Shown here piece by piece: positions 1-13,510 of a stretch of DNA of 64,000 bases. Below the pieces are notes generated by a model. The model was not told the DNA's origin and searched no databases. It saw only the letters and a list, made by a program, of their open reading frames with translations. Source of the DNA: Scyliorhinus canicula (lineage: Eukaryota); contig NC_052163.1 of NCBI RefSeq assembly GCF_902713615.1, positions 48,842,878 through 48,906,877 on the forward strand. The letters are read 5' to 3'. Position numbers and translations under genes: made by a program. How positions within the stretch are numbered: the stretch's first letter is position 1; each line of letters starts with the position of its first letter.

Positions 1-1030
1 GCTCCGCTCGCCGGAATTCCTCAGTGTAGCAAGAGATCGGGCCACCATTTTAAAATCGTGACCCGATCTCTTGAGCACCTAACATGAACCCGATCCCCCA
101 AGCCCCAACTCACTATGAGGGGGGTCCCTGGGCCCCCCAACACCCGCTCAAGGCACCCTGGCCCGATCGCCAACCTGTGAAAAATGACAGCTTGGCACCC
201 TAGCAGTGTCATTCCGCTACCTTGGCAGTGCCCCTATCAGCAGTGCCACTTGAGCACCCTGGAAGTGCCACCTGAGCACCTTGGCAGTGCCAGGCTGACA
301 CCCAGATGGCACTGCCAGGGTGCTAGGCTGACCAAGTGGCACCAGCAGTGCCAGCATGCCATCCTGCCCAAAGGGCATGCATCTGGGGGCCTCCGATACC
401 CTGGGAGAATCTCACGAGTCCCCGTTTGTGGAGACCAGTACTGAATGTCATTCGTCCAAGGTCTCCAATGTGACCTCCAAGGTGGGCAGCACGGTAGCAC
501 AGTGGTTAGCACAGTTGCTTCACAGCTCCAGGGTCCCAGATTCGATTCCCGGCTTGGATCACTGTCTGTGCGGAATCTGCACGTTCTCCCCGTGTCTGCG
601 TGGGTTTCCTCCGGCTGCTCCGGTTTACTCCCGCAGTCCAAAGATGAGCAGGTTAGGTGGATTGGCTATGCTAAATTGCCCTTAGTGTCCAAAAAGGGGT
701 TAGGTGGTGTCACGGGGATAGGGTGGAGATGTGGAGATAGGGTGGAGGTGTGGCCTTAGGTAGGGTGCTTTTTCCAAAGACAGACTTGATGGGCCAAATG
801 GCCTCCTTCTGCATGTAAATTCAATGATTCTCTGATCCCAGTGCGCCGAAAAACTTTATATGACAGTGAGCCTCGCTGTCTCGCTCTAATATCCAGATTT
901 TCCAAAAAGTGATCCCACCCACAATGAGCAGGATTTACATCGCAACATCTCGCAAGATCGTGTTCGATCTCCCGAGGCATTGCAAGCTGGGTAGATCCCG
1001 GGAGTGGGGTCTCCTGGCTTCTATCGGCCA
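1..1030. mobile_element. Non-autonomous DNA-transposon-like repeat (ggcactgcc/ggcagtgcc micro-repeats) interrupted by a SINE
   Basis: Repeated ggcagtgcc/ggcactgcc motifs. A similar element lies at about 59995-60780. Confidence 0.45.
484..830 (+). mobile_element. HE1/V-SINE-like tRNA-derived SINE (long tail)
   Basis: A box (tagcacagtgg), B box (gttcgattcc-like), conserved core gggtttcctccgg.tgctccggttt, and tail …ccttctgca…tgattc. Confidence 0.9.
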
Positions 1031-1655
1031 TGTTGCACAATGGTGCACTGCTTTTCAGGTGCAATATGGCTGTTCGATTGCACCCATGGTATTTTAAATC
1101 AAAACCTTAAACACAATATTAAAATCTTTAACATCACACCCAAAAATGGCTCACAATTATCCTTTAAACAATACTTCTTAATGCAGTGAATACAATATCC
1201 TTACTTGCTATCGTCATTCGCACTTAAATAACAAGAATATAGATCATCCCAACTCTCAACCCACCTTAAGTACCACTGGTGCAGAAGAATACCTGCTTTC
1301 ATTAGTTATTTTTTGAGAAAGAGATATCTTGAAACTGCATTACAGAACAGATCTGACTCCGGTCTGAACCCCTGCAGAAACTCTGGCCTGATGCCCTCAA
1401 AAGCTGTTTTCAACTGGCTTGTTTCAGCTTCCCCTTGTCCTCGGACAGGTCTGCACTGCTTTAAATATAGTTAATCTCTTTAAACTAACCTACAATGAGA
1501 ACCAACTGCCTTACTTGGTCTTAGCTTCAGCCGTATGAGAACTCAACTGAAAATGCTTTCTCAAAATGCCTTAGCTCCACCCATCAATGACATAATCTCA
1601 CCAACCTGAAAATTAATTAACTCCCCAGAAAATCCCCTGAAACAAAAACAAAATT

Positions 1656-1992
1656 GGGTGGCTAGGTGGCACAGTGGTTAGCATTGCGGCCTCACAGCGC
1701 CAGGAACCCAGTTCAATTCCAGCCTTGAGTGTCTGTGTGGAGTTTGTACATTCTCCACATGTCAGCGTGGGTTTCCTCCTGGTGCTCAGGTTTCCTCCCA
1801 CAGTGCAAAGATGTGTGGGTTAGGTGGATTGGACATTCTAAATTGCCCTTAGTGTGCAAAAGGTTAGGTGGGGTTATTGGGTTATGGGGATAGGGTGGGG
1901 ACGTGGGCTTAAGTAGGGTGCTCTTTCAGAGTGACAGTGCAGACTTGATGGGCTGAAAGGCCTCCTTCTGTACTGTAGTGATTCTATGATTC
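1656..1992 (+). mobile_element. HE1-like SINE (long tail)
   Basis: Same head, core and tail as 484-830. Confidence 0.88.
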
Positions 1993-2544
1993 CAAAATTT
2001 CATTAGCCCAAGCATTTGCAATGGTTAATAGCACCGCAGGCTCTTAAAAGCTTTGTTGTATTTTAAACCATGATTCTTTTAAAACCATGACTGCAGCAGT
2101 CAAACACACTCTAACACAGGCTTTTAAGCTATACTTCACAAAATAATTGTAATACAATGGCTGGATTCACTGATCCTGCGGCTATGTCCGCAGGTTCGGT
2201 CTGGTCTTACGACCAGAAAGTCAGCGCCACCCCCACACCGATCCTCCGTCCGGTGGGAGGCTAGCAGCCGCACAGTGTATAGCCCCTGGCTTTACCTGCG
2301 GATATGGCCAGAGAATGGCTGGCTCCGTAGCCGTGCATGCGCATGGCGGTGCCCTTTCCTGTGGAAGTTTACCAATGCTTTGTGATTGTTTGGGCACCTT
2401 ACATTGTCAAACTACCAGATTATACTTGGGACATCCCTTCACCAAAGAAATGAAGATGGTTGACCAGCCAGGATTTTGTCTTTTTATTGTTTATGCATTC
2501 ATGACTGGACAAATGATCTGCAATTTTGTTTTGATGCTTTCATA

Positions 2545-3025
2545 GGATCTGGGCATCGCTGGCCTGGGCTCCATTTATTGTCCATCCTTAATTGCCCTTG
2601 AGGTGGTGGTGAGCTGCAGTCCGTGTGGTGTAGGTACGCACTGTGCCGTTAGGGACGGTCTTCCACAATTTTGACCCAGCGATAGGAAGGAACTATGATA
2701 TAGCTCCAAGTGAGTATGGTGTGTGACTTGGAGGGGAACTCGTAGGTGATGGCATTTCCATGCATTTGCTACCCTTATTCCTCCAGGAAGTAGGGAATGT
2801 GGGTTTGGAAAGTTCTGTCAAAGAAGCCTTGGTGCATGGCTGCAGTTCATCTTGAAGATGGTGCCCACTACAGCCACTGTGCGCCGGTGGTGGAGGGAAT
2901 GGACATTGAAGGTGGTTGATGGGGTGCTAATCAAGTGGGATACATTGTCCTAAATTCTGTTGAGTTACTTGAGTGTTGTTGGAGCTGAACACATCCACGC
3001 AAGTGGAGAGTTTTACATCACACTC
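2545..3025 (-). mobile_element. CR1/L2-group LINE 3' end
   Basis: Reverse complement ends gggcaattaaggatggacaataaatg…gcgatgccc, the tail also seen at 57840-57900, 51340-51400 and 27880-27920. Confidence 0.6.
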
Positions 3026-3026
3026 C

Positions 3027-3336
3027 TGGCCGCACGGCAGCACAGTGGTTAGCACTGTTGCTTTGCAGCGCCAGGCACCCGGATTCGATTCCCGGCTTGG
3101 GTCACTGTCTGTGTGGAGTCTGCATGTTCTCCTCATGTCTGCGTGCGTTTCCTCTTGGTGCTCTGGTTTCTTCCCACAAGTTCCGAAAGATGTGCTTGTT
3201 AGGTGAATTGGACATTCTGAATTCTCCCTCAGTGTACCCGAACAGGTGCTGGAATGTGGTGACTAGGGGATTTTCACAGTAATTTCGTTGCAGTGTTAAT
3301 GTAAGCCTACTTGTGACACTAATAAACAGTATTATT
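3027..3336 (+). mobile_element. HE1-head SINE with alternative (tta)n-type tail
   Basis: HE1 head followed by …ccgaacagg..ctggaatgtggtgactagg…cacagtaa…gtgacactaataaa..tattatta. Confidence 0.82.
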
Positions 3337-4309
3337 AAAAACGTGCAAATTTTACACCTGATGATCAATTCCATTATTTTAGACTAAATTTGTGACGATA
3401 ATGATGACTCTATTATGACCGGTATCTGAGTAACCAACTTCTTTGATTATGAGCAACATGTTAACCTTTCTCCACTCCACCAATGTCGCTCAGTGTCTAC
3501 TGATCCACTTATAATTATGCTTACTGTTTCACAATCCCCTGTCTCCTTGATCTCTTTCTGTGATAAATACCATCCATTACTGGCAAACCTGAAAATCCAT
3601 ATATTATTGACATAGTGCATGAACATCCTCACCACAAAATGTCCTTCCTGTTATTACAGCTTGTGATCACACTTTTTTGTCATTATATGTTGCAATGAAT
3701 TGCTATGTCAAGATCCTCATTCAATTTTGATGTCACGCCTCATAATGTAGTTGCCGTCTCTGACCACAAGGTGGTTCTCTGGGATAAATCTCTTATTGAA
3801 CTGCATTGGCATGCTGGGTATTTATCAACATTATATTTATCAACTGACCATGCCAACAAAACAGCAAATTAAAAATATATGGAGCTATACAAGTTCATCA
3901 AATGTTTCCACCTGGAGGGATTGTAACCTGGAATGTACCAAAACCCGAAACAGTATTTACACTTTGCTGATTATCTGAAAGATGCATTCGGCATTTCCCC
4001 AGCTCTTTAATGCTGGACCCTATCCAATGATTGTGGAAGGAGTCTTGACCTGAACATAAGTGGAAGATAATGCTTGGGTGGGGTTGGGCAGTCGAGGGGG
4101 GCGTGGGGGTGGGGGGATGGGGTGAAGGTCATCGAGTGGCTGACAGCAGTCCTGAATATTTTTTTTACCAGTCATGTTTCTTCTGACTTAACAGTCAGCC
4201 TAACAGTCTGCAAAACAGCCTTTGTGGCCATTTTCTGAGCCACCTTTGTAGACCCTTTAAGGACTATTGGATGAGCTTCTCAATGCCAAGTGTCAATGGC
4301 TGCACACAT

Positions 4310-5235
4310 TGACAGTGTTAAAGTCCCTGGACTAGAAATTCAGGCTAATCTCTGGGGACATGGGTTCAAATCCCACCATGGCAGCGGGTGGAAATTATAT
4401 TCAATTATTTTTTTCAAAAAGTAATGGTGATCACGAAAATATCATAGAACTGCTAAAGGAGGCCATTCAACCCCTCAAGTTTGCACGACCCTCCGAAAGA
4501 GCACTCTACTTAGGCCCACTCCCCTGCCCCATCTGTTACCCCACCTAACCTCCACACCTTTGGACTGTGGGAGGAAACTGCAGCACGCAGAAGAAACCCA
4601 CGCAAAGACAGGGAGAAAATGCAAGCTCCACGCAGACAGTCACCCAAGGCTGGAATTGAACCTGAGTCCCTGGCGCTGGGAAGCAGCAAAGCTAACCATT
4701 GTGCCACCCAAATCGATTGCCATAAAAACCCGTCTGGTTCACTAATTTCCTTCAGGGAAGGAAATCTACCATCTTTACCTGGCCTGGCCTGGCCTACATG
4801 TGACTCCAGATCCACAGTAAAGTAGTTGCCTCATAAATCCCCTCAAGGCATCAATGCTTCACAGCTCCAGGGTCCCAGGTTCGATTCCCGGCTGGGTCAC
4901 TGTCTGTGTGGAGTCTGCACGTCCTCCCCGTGTGTGCGTGGGTTTCCTCCGGGTGCTCCGGTTTCATCCCACAGTCCAAAGATGTGCGGGTTAGGTGGAT
5001 TGGCCATGCTAAATTGCCCGTAGTGTAAGGTTAATGGGGGGATTGTTGGGTTACGGGTTACGTGGGTTTAAGTAGGGTGATCATTGCTCGGCACAACATC
5101 GAGGGCCGAAGGGCCTGTTCTGTGCTGTACTGTTCTATGTTCTAATAGCCAAGCAAGCCTCTCATTTCAAGAGCAGTTAGGTATGGGCAACAAATGCTGG
5201 CTTTTCCTGTGAAGGCCACGTTTCATGAAATGATT
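4310..5235 (+). mobile_element. Older SINE with CR1/L2-type tail, interrupted by two HE1-like SINEs (4441-4709 minus; 4853-5143 plus)
   Basis: B box gggttcaaatccc at 4362, core ggttcactaat..ccttcagggaaggaaatc, homologous to 57352-57915. Confidence 0.7.
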
Positions 5236-6806
5236 TAAAAAAAACATATTTTAATGAGGCTTCCACCTGTTTTGGACAGGAGTCTTTGTTGTCAATTTTG
5301 TGGCAGTGGAAAATCAAGTCAGATAACTAATGGCTATCTGGCTTTTGGAAAATTGGTTTTCAATTTTCAACTGCTTACCATCTTGACTTTCAGCATTGAC
5401 AGGGTAAGCAGCAATTGAAATTATTCTTGTGGCATGAGACAGTTCATAGGTCAGGGCCATGGAAGTAATTACATTCAGAAGATGGAGGATGGCGCTTAAG
5501 GACCCTTTTCATGATGATGATAAGGATTGTTGTCCTCAATTAGCAATTAAAGCTCTACAATCTCATTTCCATCTTGTCTTCATTTATAACCTGTTTAGTT
5601 TGTGATTTTCACGGTTATGTAAGATTATAATGATAGAATAAGACTGCAGACCTCTTGTCTATGTATCAGAAATGATGGTTCCAGGTGAGAATTCAACCAT
5701 TTACATCCTTATTAATCACAGCATGCTTACGATGACGTATGGCAATGTTCTGCTGTGGAATATCACATGTTTCTGTTGTTGAGTTCACCGTTCTACATAT
5801 CTTCCATATTGTTTTATCTTCTAACTTTATACTACAGTTTAGTCATTTTACATTTTTCTAATTGCATTACTTTGCAATTGATACAGTTTACACCAGTTCT
5901 CATCAGCATTTTATCAAGAATCTCCAAGCCCAGGTTTTCGGCCTGAGCCCTGTGGGCCCAAGGCTAGCAGGCTGGTGTTCGGGATAACAAAACATGAATT
6001 ATGACCACTACAGCTACAGTTTTAGTCACTAAGCCATAAATACATTTGTGAGAAAGTTCAAAGTTGAAAGTAATCAATGTGTTATTGAGAGGAGGCTGCC
6101 TGTTTTATCTGTAAAGACCCCAATGTTCTGTAGGTTTTTAACAAGTGACACTTGGGACTTCTGGTGGAGACTTTTAGGTGGAGGTCGCATGTTGGGTGGC
6201 TCATGTCAGAGTTCTCGTTTTTTGGCCCCTTTCACCCAGTTTTGGGGAGAACCTTTACATGAGCTGTCTTCAATAAAGTCATGGGAATTATATGATGTTG
6301 AAATCCCAACGAAAGAATATGGCACGTAAAGGACCGAGTGCTGGTTCGCTTCTGGCCTGGGTTCGGTGCTGAGTTCTGTGGGAGGAAAGATGACGGGAGC
6401 AAGTTCGCCGGGTGGGGCTGCGCCCATTACAGTGGATATGCTGGCCGAGTTGATGGCAGTGGAGTTTGAGCAGCAGTTTGCCACGCATTTTGAGAGGCAT
6501 GGAAAGGAGATGCTGGGAACGCTCAAACAGCTGATGCGAGATACGCTGGGTCCAATAAAGGTGGCTCTTGGAAAGATGTCGGAGACAGTGCAGGAGCAAG
6601 GAGAGGTGTTGAAGGGGGTGGGGGAGGGGTGGAGGAGGGTGGGGGCAAGGGTGTTGGCCGCATTTATGAAGGAGATGGGGGAGCGGACCTGTGGCGGTTC
6701 TTACATCCAGGGGGCAGGTAGTCTGTTTTTTACAGCTATAAGATGAAGGAGAAGGTATTGAGATGGGCCAATCAGAATTGGGAGGTAAGATAGGAAGGCC
6801 TGCGCT

Positions 6807-7092
6807 TTGCAGAGTGGTGAGTCACTGCAACAATAATTGCGTGAGTTATTTACTTTAACATCGATACTAGTGATAAGGTTAACAAGATCTAACTACAGTA
6901 ACTAGCTTGAATCCACTAACCATCTGAGCTAATCTGATACTCCAGTCCTGATCACAGTCCATCCAAAAGAGAGAGAGATAGACCTGATGTGGTTTCTTTT
7001 ATACCCCTGTTGGTCAGACCCTCTAGTGATCATGTAGTGCTACTGATTACACATTAACCCCTTATGTACATGCACATGCAGAGATCACGACA
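6807..7092 (-). mobile_element. LTR-like insertion inside L1 ORF1
   Basis: AT-richer block interrupting the G-rich L1; ends …gatcacgaca (TG start on minus) and carries tataaaa on minus. No clear TSD. Confidence 0.45.
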
Positions 7093-7496
7093 GTGTGCGG
7101 TTTGGGATGGTTTACCTGGCGATGTTGAGAGATACGTATAACTCCAAGGACCATTTATTTGAGATTGCGGAGGAGGTGGAGGCGTTTGTGAGGGCTGAAC
7201 TACTGGGGCTGAACTGAGTTTGACTTTGATTCCTTCTGTTGTGGTTGGGTGGGAGTGGGTTGAGGCTTTTTTCCCTTTGTTTGGTGTTAACATGTTTGGT
7301 TCTTTAGAAGTATTGAGTGTGGGGGGGATCTCTCTATTAGCTTTTGTGTCTGGTATGTGGGGGGAAGGGGGCTCTGGTGGTGGGCCACCTCGCTAGCAAA
7401 CTTAAGTTTGTGAGTGAGGTGGGGGAGGGGCTGCAGCTGGCTGAGCCTGTGTGGATAGGTTTCAACCGGCCTTGGAGGTGTGAATGGGGCCGGGGT

Positions 7497-7534
<38 letters not shown>

Positions 7535-7581
7535 AGGGGGATAGGGAGCATGCAGAGAGGAGTGGTTTCGAGAAGAAGTGC

Positions 7582-7621
<40 letters not shown>

Positions 7622-8936
7622 CTCTGATTGAGGGAAGGGGTAGTTGGTTGACGGCGACTAGGGGCTTGGTCTCATTCATGGGGCGGTGCCGGGGACCATT
7701 TTGGGCGGATGATGGGCCTGTAAGGTTGGCGAGGGGCACCAGGTCTGTCCTGTGGGGTGGTCATGGTTAATGGGAGGGGGAGTGGGGCAGAGGTGAGAGA
7801 CCCCCAGTCCGAATGGTAACGTGCAGGGATTGGTGGGACTGGTGAAGACGGGCGAGTCTTTTCATAATTCAAGAGCCTGGGAGCCGATGTGGTGCTGCTG
7901 CAGGAGACCCATCTGAGGGTGAAGGACCAGGCTACGCTTCAGAAGGGTTGGGTGAGTCGGGCTTTGGGTGAGTCAGGTGTTGGGTGAGTCAGCTTTGATA
8001 GCAAGGCCCGGGGGTAGCGGTACTAGTGGGGAAGATTAGGTTTCACATCAAGAAGATGGTGGTAGGTCAGGGGGGCAGATACATTATAGTAACAGGCGCC
8101 TTGTGCAGAGGGTTGGGGAGGATCAGACGGGGTCTGCAAAGGGTGGGCAGTTGTCCGTGAATGTGTGGTGCTTGCTAAACATTGTGCTCTCCCCATCAGA
8201 AGGGGGGGGGGGGGGGGGGAGCAGAAGGTGGTGGTGGTGCTGGATGCGGAGAAGGCATTTGGTCAAGTAGAGTGGATTATTTGTTTGCGATGTTGGAAAG
8301 GTTTGGGATTGGGTCTAAGTTTGTGGTGTAAGTCAAATTGTTGCAGAAGGAACTGAAGGCAAGTGTTTGTACGAATGAGGTGAACGCAGGATATTTTGAG
8401 CTATATAGGAGAACGAGACAGGGGTGTCCCATATCCTCCCTCTTATTTGCACTGACGATAGAGCCCTTGGCCATTCCACTGAGATGCTCGGATAAGTGGA
8501 GGGGAATAGTGAGGGGGTGCTGGGGTGGAGCATATGGTGTCCCTGTATGCTTATGACCTGTTGGTCTATATTTCCAACCCGGTTCCCACGGTGGGGATAT
8601 AATGGGGTTGCTGAAGCAAATTGGGTTTCTCGGCGATACAAATTGAATTTGGAGAAGAGCGAGTGCGTTTTGGTCCCTCTGCCAGGGATGGGATCTGGCT
8701 TGGGGGTGGGGGGGTGGGGGGTTGCCATTTTGTGTGGTGACTATTATCTGAGGATGCAGCTGGCTCGAGATTGGCCACAGCTCCATAAATTGAATTTTAC
8801 GAGCCTGGTGGGCAGGGTCAAGGTGGATTTGCTGAGGTGGGACAGCCTCCCCCCAGGTCGGGTAAAAGCTGGAAAGATGAATGTTTTGCTGGGGTTTAGA
8901 TTTTTGATCCAGTGTTTACCGGCCGTCTTGACGAAA

Positions 8937-9268
8937 GGGCAGCACAGTAGCACAAGTGGATAGCACTGTGGCTTCACAGAGTCAGGGTCCCAGGTTCGAT
9001 TCCCCGCTGGGTCACTGTCTGTGCGGAGTCTGCACGTTCTCCCCGTGTCTGCGTGGGGTTCCTACGGGTGCTCCGGTTTCCTCCCACAGTCCAAAGACAT
9101 GAAGGTTAGGTGGTTTGGTCATGAGAAAATTGCTCTTCGTGACCAAAAAGGTGAGGAGGGGTTATTGGGTTACGGGGATAGGGTGGAGTGAGGGCTTAAG
9201 TGAGTCGGTGCAGACTCGATGGGCTGAATGGCCTCCTTCTGCACTGTATGTTCTATGTATTTCTATGA
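8937..9268 (+). mobile_element. HE1-like SINE inserted in L1 ORF2
   Basis: Complete head, core and tail. Confidence 0.9.
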
Positions 9269-11319
9269 AAAGATTTTTTATGGGGTGGAACGGTTGATTT
9301 TGCCATTTGTCTGGGCAGGCAAGGTAGTGAGGATTCAGCCTAGGCAGGTAAGGTAGTGAGGATTCAGAAGATGGTGCTTCAGAGAGGGTGACTGTCAGGG
9401 GGTTTGGCTCTGTCGAATCTGTGTTATTACTGGGTGGCAGATGCAGAGAAGGTGCAGGACTGGGGTAGGATCCCAGAGGCAATGTGGGTGAGAATGGAAG
9501 CAGGCTTTTGTAGCGGGTCAGGGTTGCGCGCGCTGGCAACAGTGCCACGCCTGTTTTCCCCAAGGAAATATTCGGGTAGTCCGGTGGTGGTGACCACATT
9601 GAAAATATGGAGGTAATTTCCACAGCATTGTAAGTTGGGGTGGGGTTGAAAATGCCGATCCGAGAGAATAATTTGTTTGAGCCGTCGAGATTGGATGCTC
9701 GATTTCGGGGTTGGGAGAAGCGAGGCGTGGTGGAACTGAAGGACTTCTGGAAGGGTGGTCGCTGGAGGGGTTTAAGGGTAAGTGGGTGGATGAGCTGGGG
9801 GTGGTGCTGGAGGAAGGGTTCTGTTGTGAGGTGTCTGCGATACTGGGTTAAATGCAACTAAAGGTGGTGCACAGGGCGTACCTGACTAGGTCAAGGATGA
9901 GCCAGTTGTTTGAGGGAGTGAAGGGCACTTAAGAGCGGCATGGGAGGGGCCCAGCCAACCATGTACATGTGTTCTGGTCCCATCCTAAGTTGGGGAAATT
10001 TTGGAGTTATTTTTTCAGCACCATGTCAGCAATCTTACACTCGGACTTGGTGCCCATTCCCCTGGGGGCCATATTTGGGGTGTTAGACCTGCTGGAAATG
10101 CAGGCGGGGGCGGGGGTGGATGTTTTAGTCTTTGCCTCGCTGATTGTTCGCAGTGGGTCCTGTTGGGGTGGATTTCAGCTTCTCCACCCTGTTCCTCAGT
10201 GTGGCTGTGGGACCTGATGGAGTTTCTGTATCTTGAGAAGGTTAAGTTCACCTTGAGGGGAGCTATTGAGACGGAGTCTGTTATTGTTCACGTTAAAGAG
10301 TTTATTTTTCGAGTCATATATGTTGGTACAGTGGGGGGCATTCTTCTGTTATTCTTTTTATTTTGTGTTGTTTTATGTATCAAATGTTAAAAAAACAAAT
10401 AGAAATATATAAAAAAATAAAGTGACATTCGACACTTGCTCCTAAGCACCTAACATTTGGATAATAGGAATGCATTATTACTTTAGGCAATCTACTCCAC
10501 AGCGCATCTTCACATTAAGGGACTTGAACTACTTAATGGGCACTTTACTGAACTTGTGCAGGGCAAGTATCAACCATTTATTTTCAAATAGGGAAACAAA
10601 CACATTAATGTCATGATACAAATCTGACTGAAGATTACATTGAAAGAATTGGAGAGATTTTCTTGGAAATCGGCAAAGGCTGGTGGCGGGTGGGAAAAGT
10701 GGCATTGAGCCCGTTGACGGCAATGGCAGTTTTACCCCCATAAAGTGCAGCACTTAGTGGCAAATATTTTTATCCATGGGTTCCACACCGAATTTCTGGC
10801 AGGGTGGCCTCTGATTCACCCACCCCACCATCACCTCAGCGCTGTGATCATCGGGGTGCCACATTTAAAGGCCGCCCAGCACACAGCAGCCACACTTCCC
10901 AGGCTGGCGGGAAATGATGGTAGCCAGGATTTCCACCCCCAATTTTTCAGACCCCTTCATGGAGAGACTGCGCGGTGCTGTAGAGGCCCAACGTGCTCTC
11001 AAGTACCTGCACGCAGGGAGGAAACAGTCAGCCAGGTGACACTCCATGCTGTATCACCATGAGAGCAGGCGAGCTGCCATTAGCCAGACAGGATTCAGAT
11101 ATTCACAGAAGCTCTGTGAGGATCCAAGCACTGTCCCCACTGCAAGACATTGTCATCCTCCTGGGATGTGGGGACTGTGGACAACCGCTGTGTTCCCATG
11201 ACAGGAGCCTTATCACAGAGAGTGTGCCCTTCATCAGTCAGACGGGGAGCAATGTTCACAGAAGCCATGTCAAGAAAATGGGATGTCCTCACTGGATGCC
11301 TTTACCATCCTCTGAGAAT

Positions 11320-12490
11320 CTAACGGCATTGAGAGGGTCCCGAACCCGTCTGCCTCATCTGGACACTCCATGCTGTATCACCATGAGAGCTATTACCTCA
11401 TGGCTGGCATCCTCTCTCTTGAGAACCGCCTCAGTCGCATCTCCTTTGAATTCCTCTTCAATGGAAAAACGCACTATGCCTCCATCCCCTCTTCGGGCAG
11501 TTCCTCCCCTCGTTGTAGTGCCAGGCTATGCAGGGCGCAGCAAGCGACCACAATGCGTAATATCCTCTGAGGATTATATTGGTGGATTCTACCAGACTGG
11601 TGCAGGCAACAAAACCTCATCTGCTCCACTAAAGTATGAGTAGCAACATGAGCCTCATGAGTCTCAACTGTACTCTGTGGCCTCCACACAGGTGTCATCA
11701 GCCAGCTCCTCAGTGGGTAGCCCTGAGGAGTCAAATCTGCAGTCTCTGTGGACCCTGAGATATGTCAGGGATCTGAGAACAGCTTAGAATGTGGTAGCCA
11801 CGCATGCTCCCTGATAATTGAGCACACAGAAGGATGCATTTGGGGTGGTTGCAGACCAGCTGAACATTCAGCAAACGGAAACCATTGCAGTGCACATAGT
11901 TCGCTGCTTGATGCCCTGGAGATCGGAGTGCCACATGAGTGCAGTTTATCACACCCTGCACCTGTGGAAAATAGTGGTTTGGTAAAGCCCATTTGCACAA
12001 AAATTGAGTGCCGCTGTAACTTTCATCAACACTGGCAGTGGGTGCGTTCCAGGTCGCTGTGGTGCCAGTTCCTGCAGTAGGTGGCAGATTTGACCAACTA
12101 GTTCTCTGGGCATGCATAAGCTTCAGTGACACTGGTTCTCAGACATCTACAGGTATGTTAGGTGCCGTCTGTAGTCCTTGGGTCTAGTGAGCTGTCTCTG
12201 AATGATGACTCTCTGGGGTTCAGCCTCTGTGTGTGGAGTAGGCCTGCCAGCTCTTCCTCTTCACGGTTCTGCTCCTGCCTTTAGCAAGCAAGGTGCCTCT
12301 GTTGATGTCTTCTTCTTCTCCTCCTGCCTATAAGTGAGAAGAATGATAGGAAGATTACCAGGCTCCATGTTCTTTTCATTCTTCTTACTGCAGTATCAAA
12401 GAGAGACTTGATGGTTAGCATTTGTCTCCTAAGGACTACCTTTGCCCATTCATTATCTGAAGCTGATGTCCTGGCCACCATAATGATGCC
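11320..12490 (-). pseudogene. Decayed PIF/Harbinger DDE transposase
   Basis: VQGVINCTHVAL, GFRLLNVQLVC, GYPLRSWLMTP, MRFCCL..SG..QYNP..IVVACCALH motifs in ORFs 11731-12132 and 11474-11734. Confidence 0.85.
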
Positions 12491-13212
12491 CAACCTGGTC
12501 TATAGGGAGCACTTGTCAATACACACTTCGGCACACAGTCAAGGATTAAGAGCACTTTCCCCACCAGTGTGCCATTGTCAACTGTCCAAGGGAATATAGC
12601 TGCTTGATCAGTTGGCCAATGATACAGATACACCATGGTAGTCATCCATTTTGGAAGTCAGTGCGCCAAGGGTTAAATGCTGAGCAGCAATTGGTGGAAC
12701 TCACACAGATAAGTAGTGCTTGAGTGGCCATAATTGCACGACTAGTTTAACTCCAGGCATGTCTTTCCATTAGCTTTCCCCTTGACAACATCTCACCTCC
12801 AGAAACCCCCGCACAGATTTGAGTGGAACCGTCAGTCCATGATGATTCCCCACCAACCCACTGCACAGCCCCAGGATTCCCTTCCCTCTGTGAGGCCCTG
12901 CTAAGAGACTTGTGGCCCAGCAGCTGGCGGCATTCTCATGTACGGTGCCTTTCCCAACTGACAGTCAACCAACCCGGTTACCAGCACCCGCCTCCCCCCA
13001 CCCCTCCACCCCCACCTCCTGTCCCTGAGCCAAGCCCTTGGTAAGCACAATGGTCCTGTGATCAAATTGTGGCTCCAATAGATTGTTTCTAGCAGCAGGG
13101 AATTTCTAAATTTAACTTGAGACCTATCTAGTCATTTAAAAAAAATTTCTGTTGAACCTAATACTAATTTCTCAGTTATTGTTTTCCTCCTTTGCACGTC
13201 AGGGGAAAGAGG

Positions 13213-13510
13213 TGATGCGACCATCTATTCACACGAGACGGAGAGTTGAAGTGAACAGTGGTTTTAATCAGCTAGATCTGTGCCTGCCTGCAACTGCTCT
13301 GTACTGAGTGCCGCCTACAGGGCTGCAGATCTATATACCTCCCCCGAGGGGGCGGAGCCATAGGCAGAGCCCACAAGGGCACCAACATAATACAATGTAA
13401 TGCAATGTAATACAATGGTGGGCCAGAGGTGGAGCCCACAAGGGCATCAACATAATACACTAATGTAATGTAATACAATGGTGAATGGTAGCAGTAATAC
13501 ATTCACCACA
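13213..13510 (-). mobile_element. Solo LTR of a related Gypsy subfamily
   Basis: Same tgatgcg…caccaca termini as the G1-G4 LTRs. Perfect 5-bp TSD agagg. TATA and ATTAAA on the minus strand. Internal imperfect duplication of about 65 bp (gagcccacaagggca..caacataatac..). Confidence 0.9.

Larger units (their letters stand above)
6154..10419 (+). mobile_element. Near full-length but decayed and internally deleted L1-clade LINE
   Basis: ORF1-like coiled coil at 6366-6746. Endonuclease motif ADVVLLQETHL near 7880. RT motifs LDAEKAF near 8240 and TRQGCPISSLLFAL near 8415. C-terminal H..FW.. motif near 9965. A-rich tail at 10389-10419. Probable TSD aagtgaca (6143 and 10420). Confidence 0.85.

Noticed and set aside
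484-560. tRNA-like A/B boxes as tRNA genes
   Set aside because: They are heads of SINEs followed by SINE core and tail; no complete cloverleaf with terminator.
3525-3588. Minus-strand exon-like stretch reading …HRKRSRRQGIVK, resembling an insulin/IGF A-chain start
   Set aside because: No following CC motif, no B-chain exon found, and an intron at that position is not expected; likely chance.
7496-7619. Long G/C homopolymers (also 15317-15347, 34653-34690, 60145-60176, 60291-60317) giving poly-Gly/poly-Pro ORFs
   Set aside because: They lie inside repeats, their lengths are unreliable in assemblies, and the ORFs are artefacts of low complexity.
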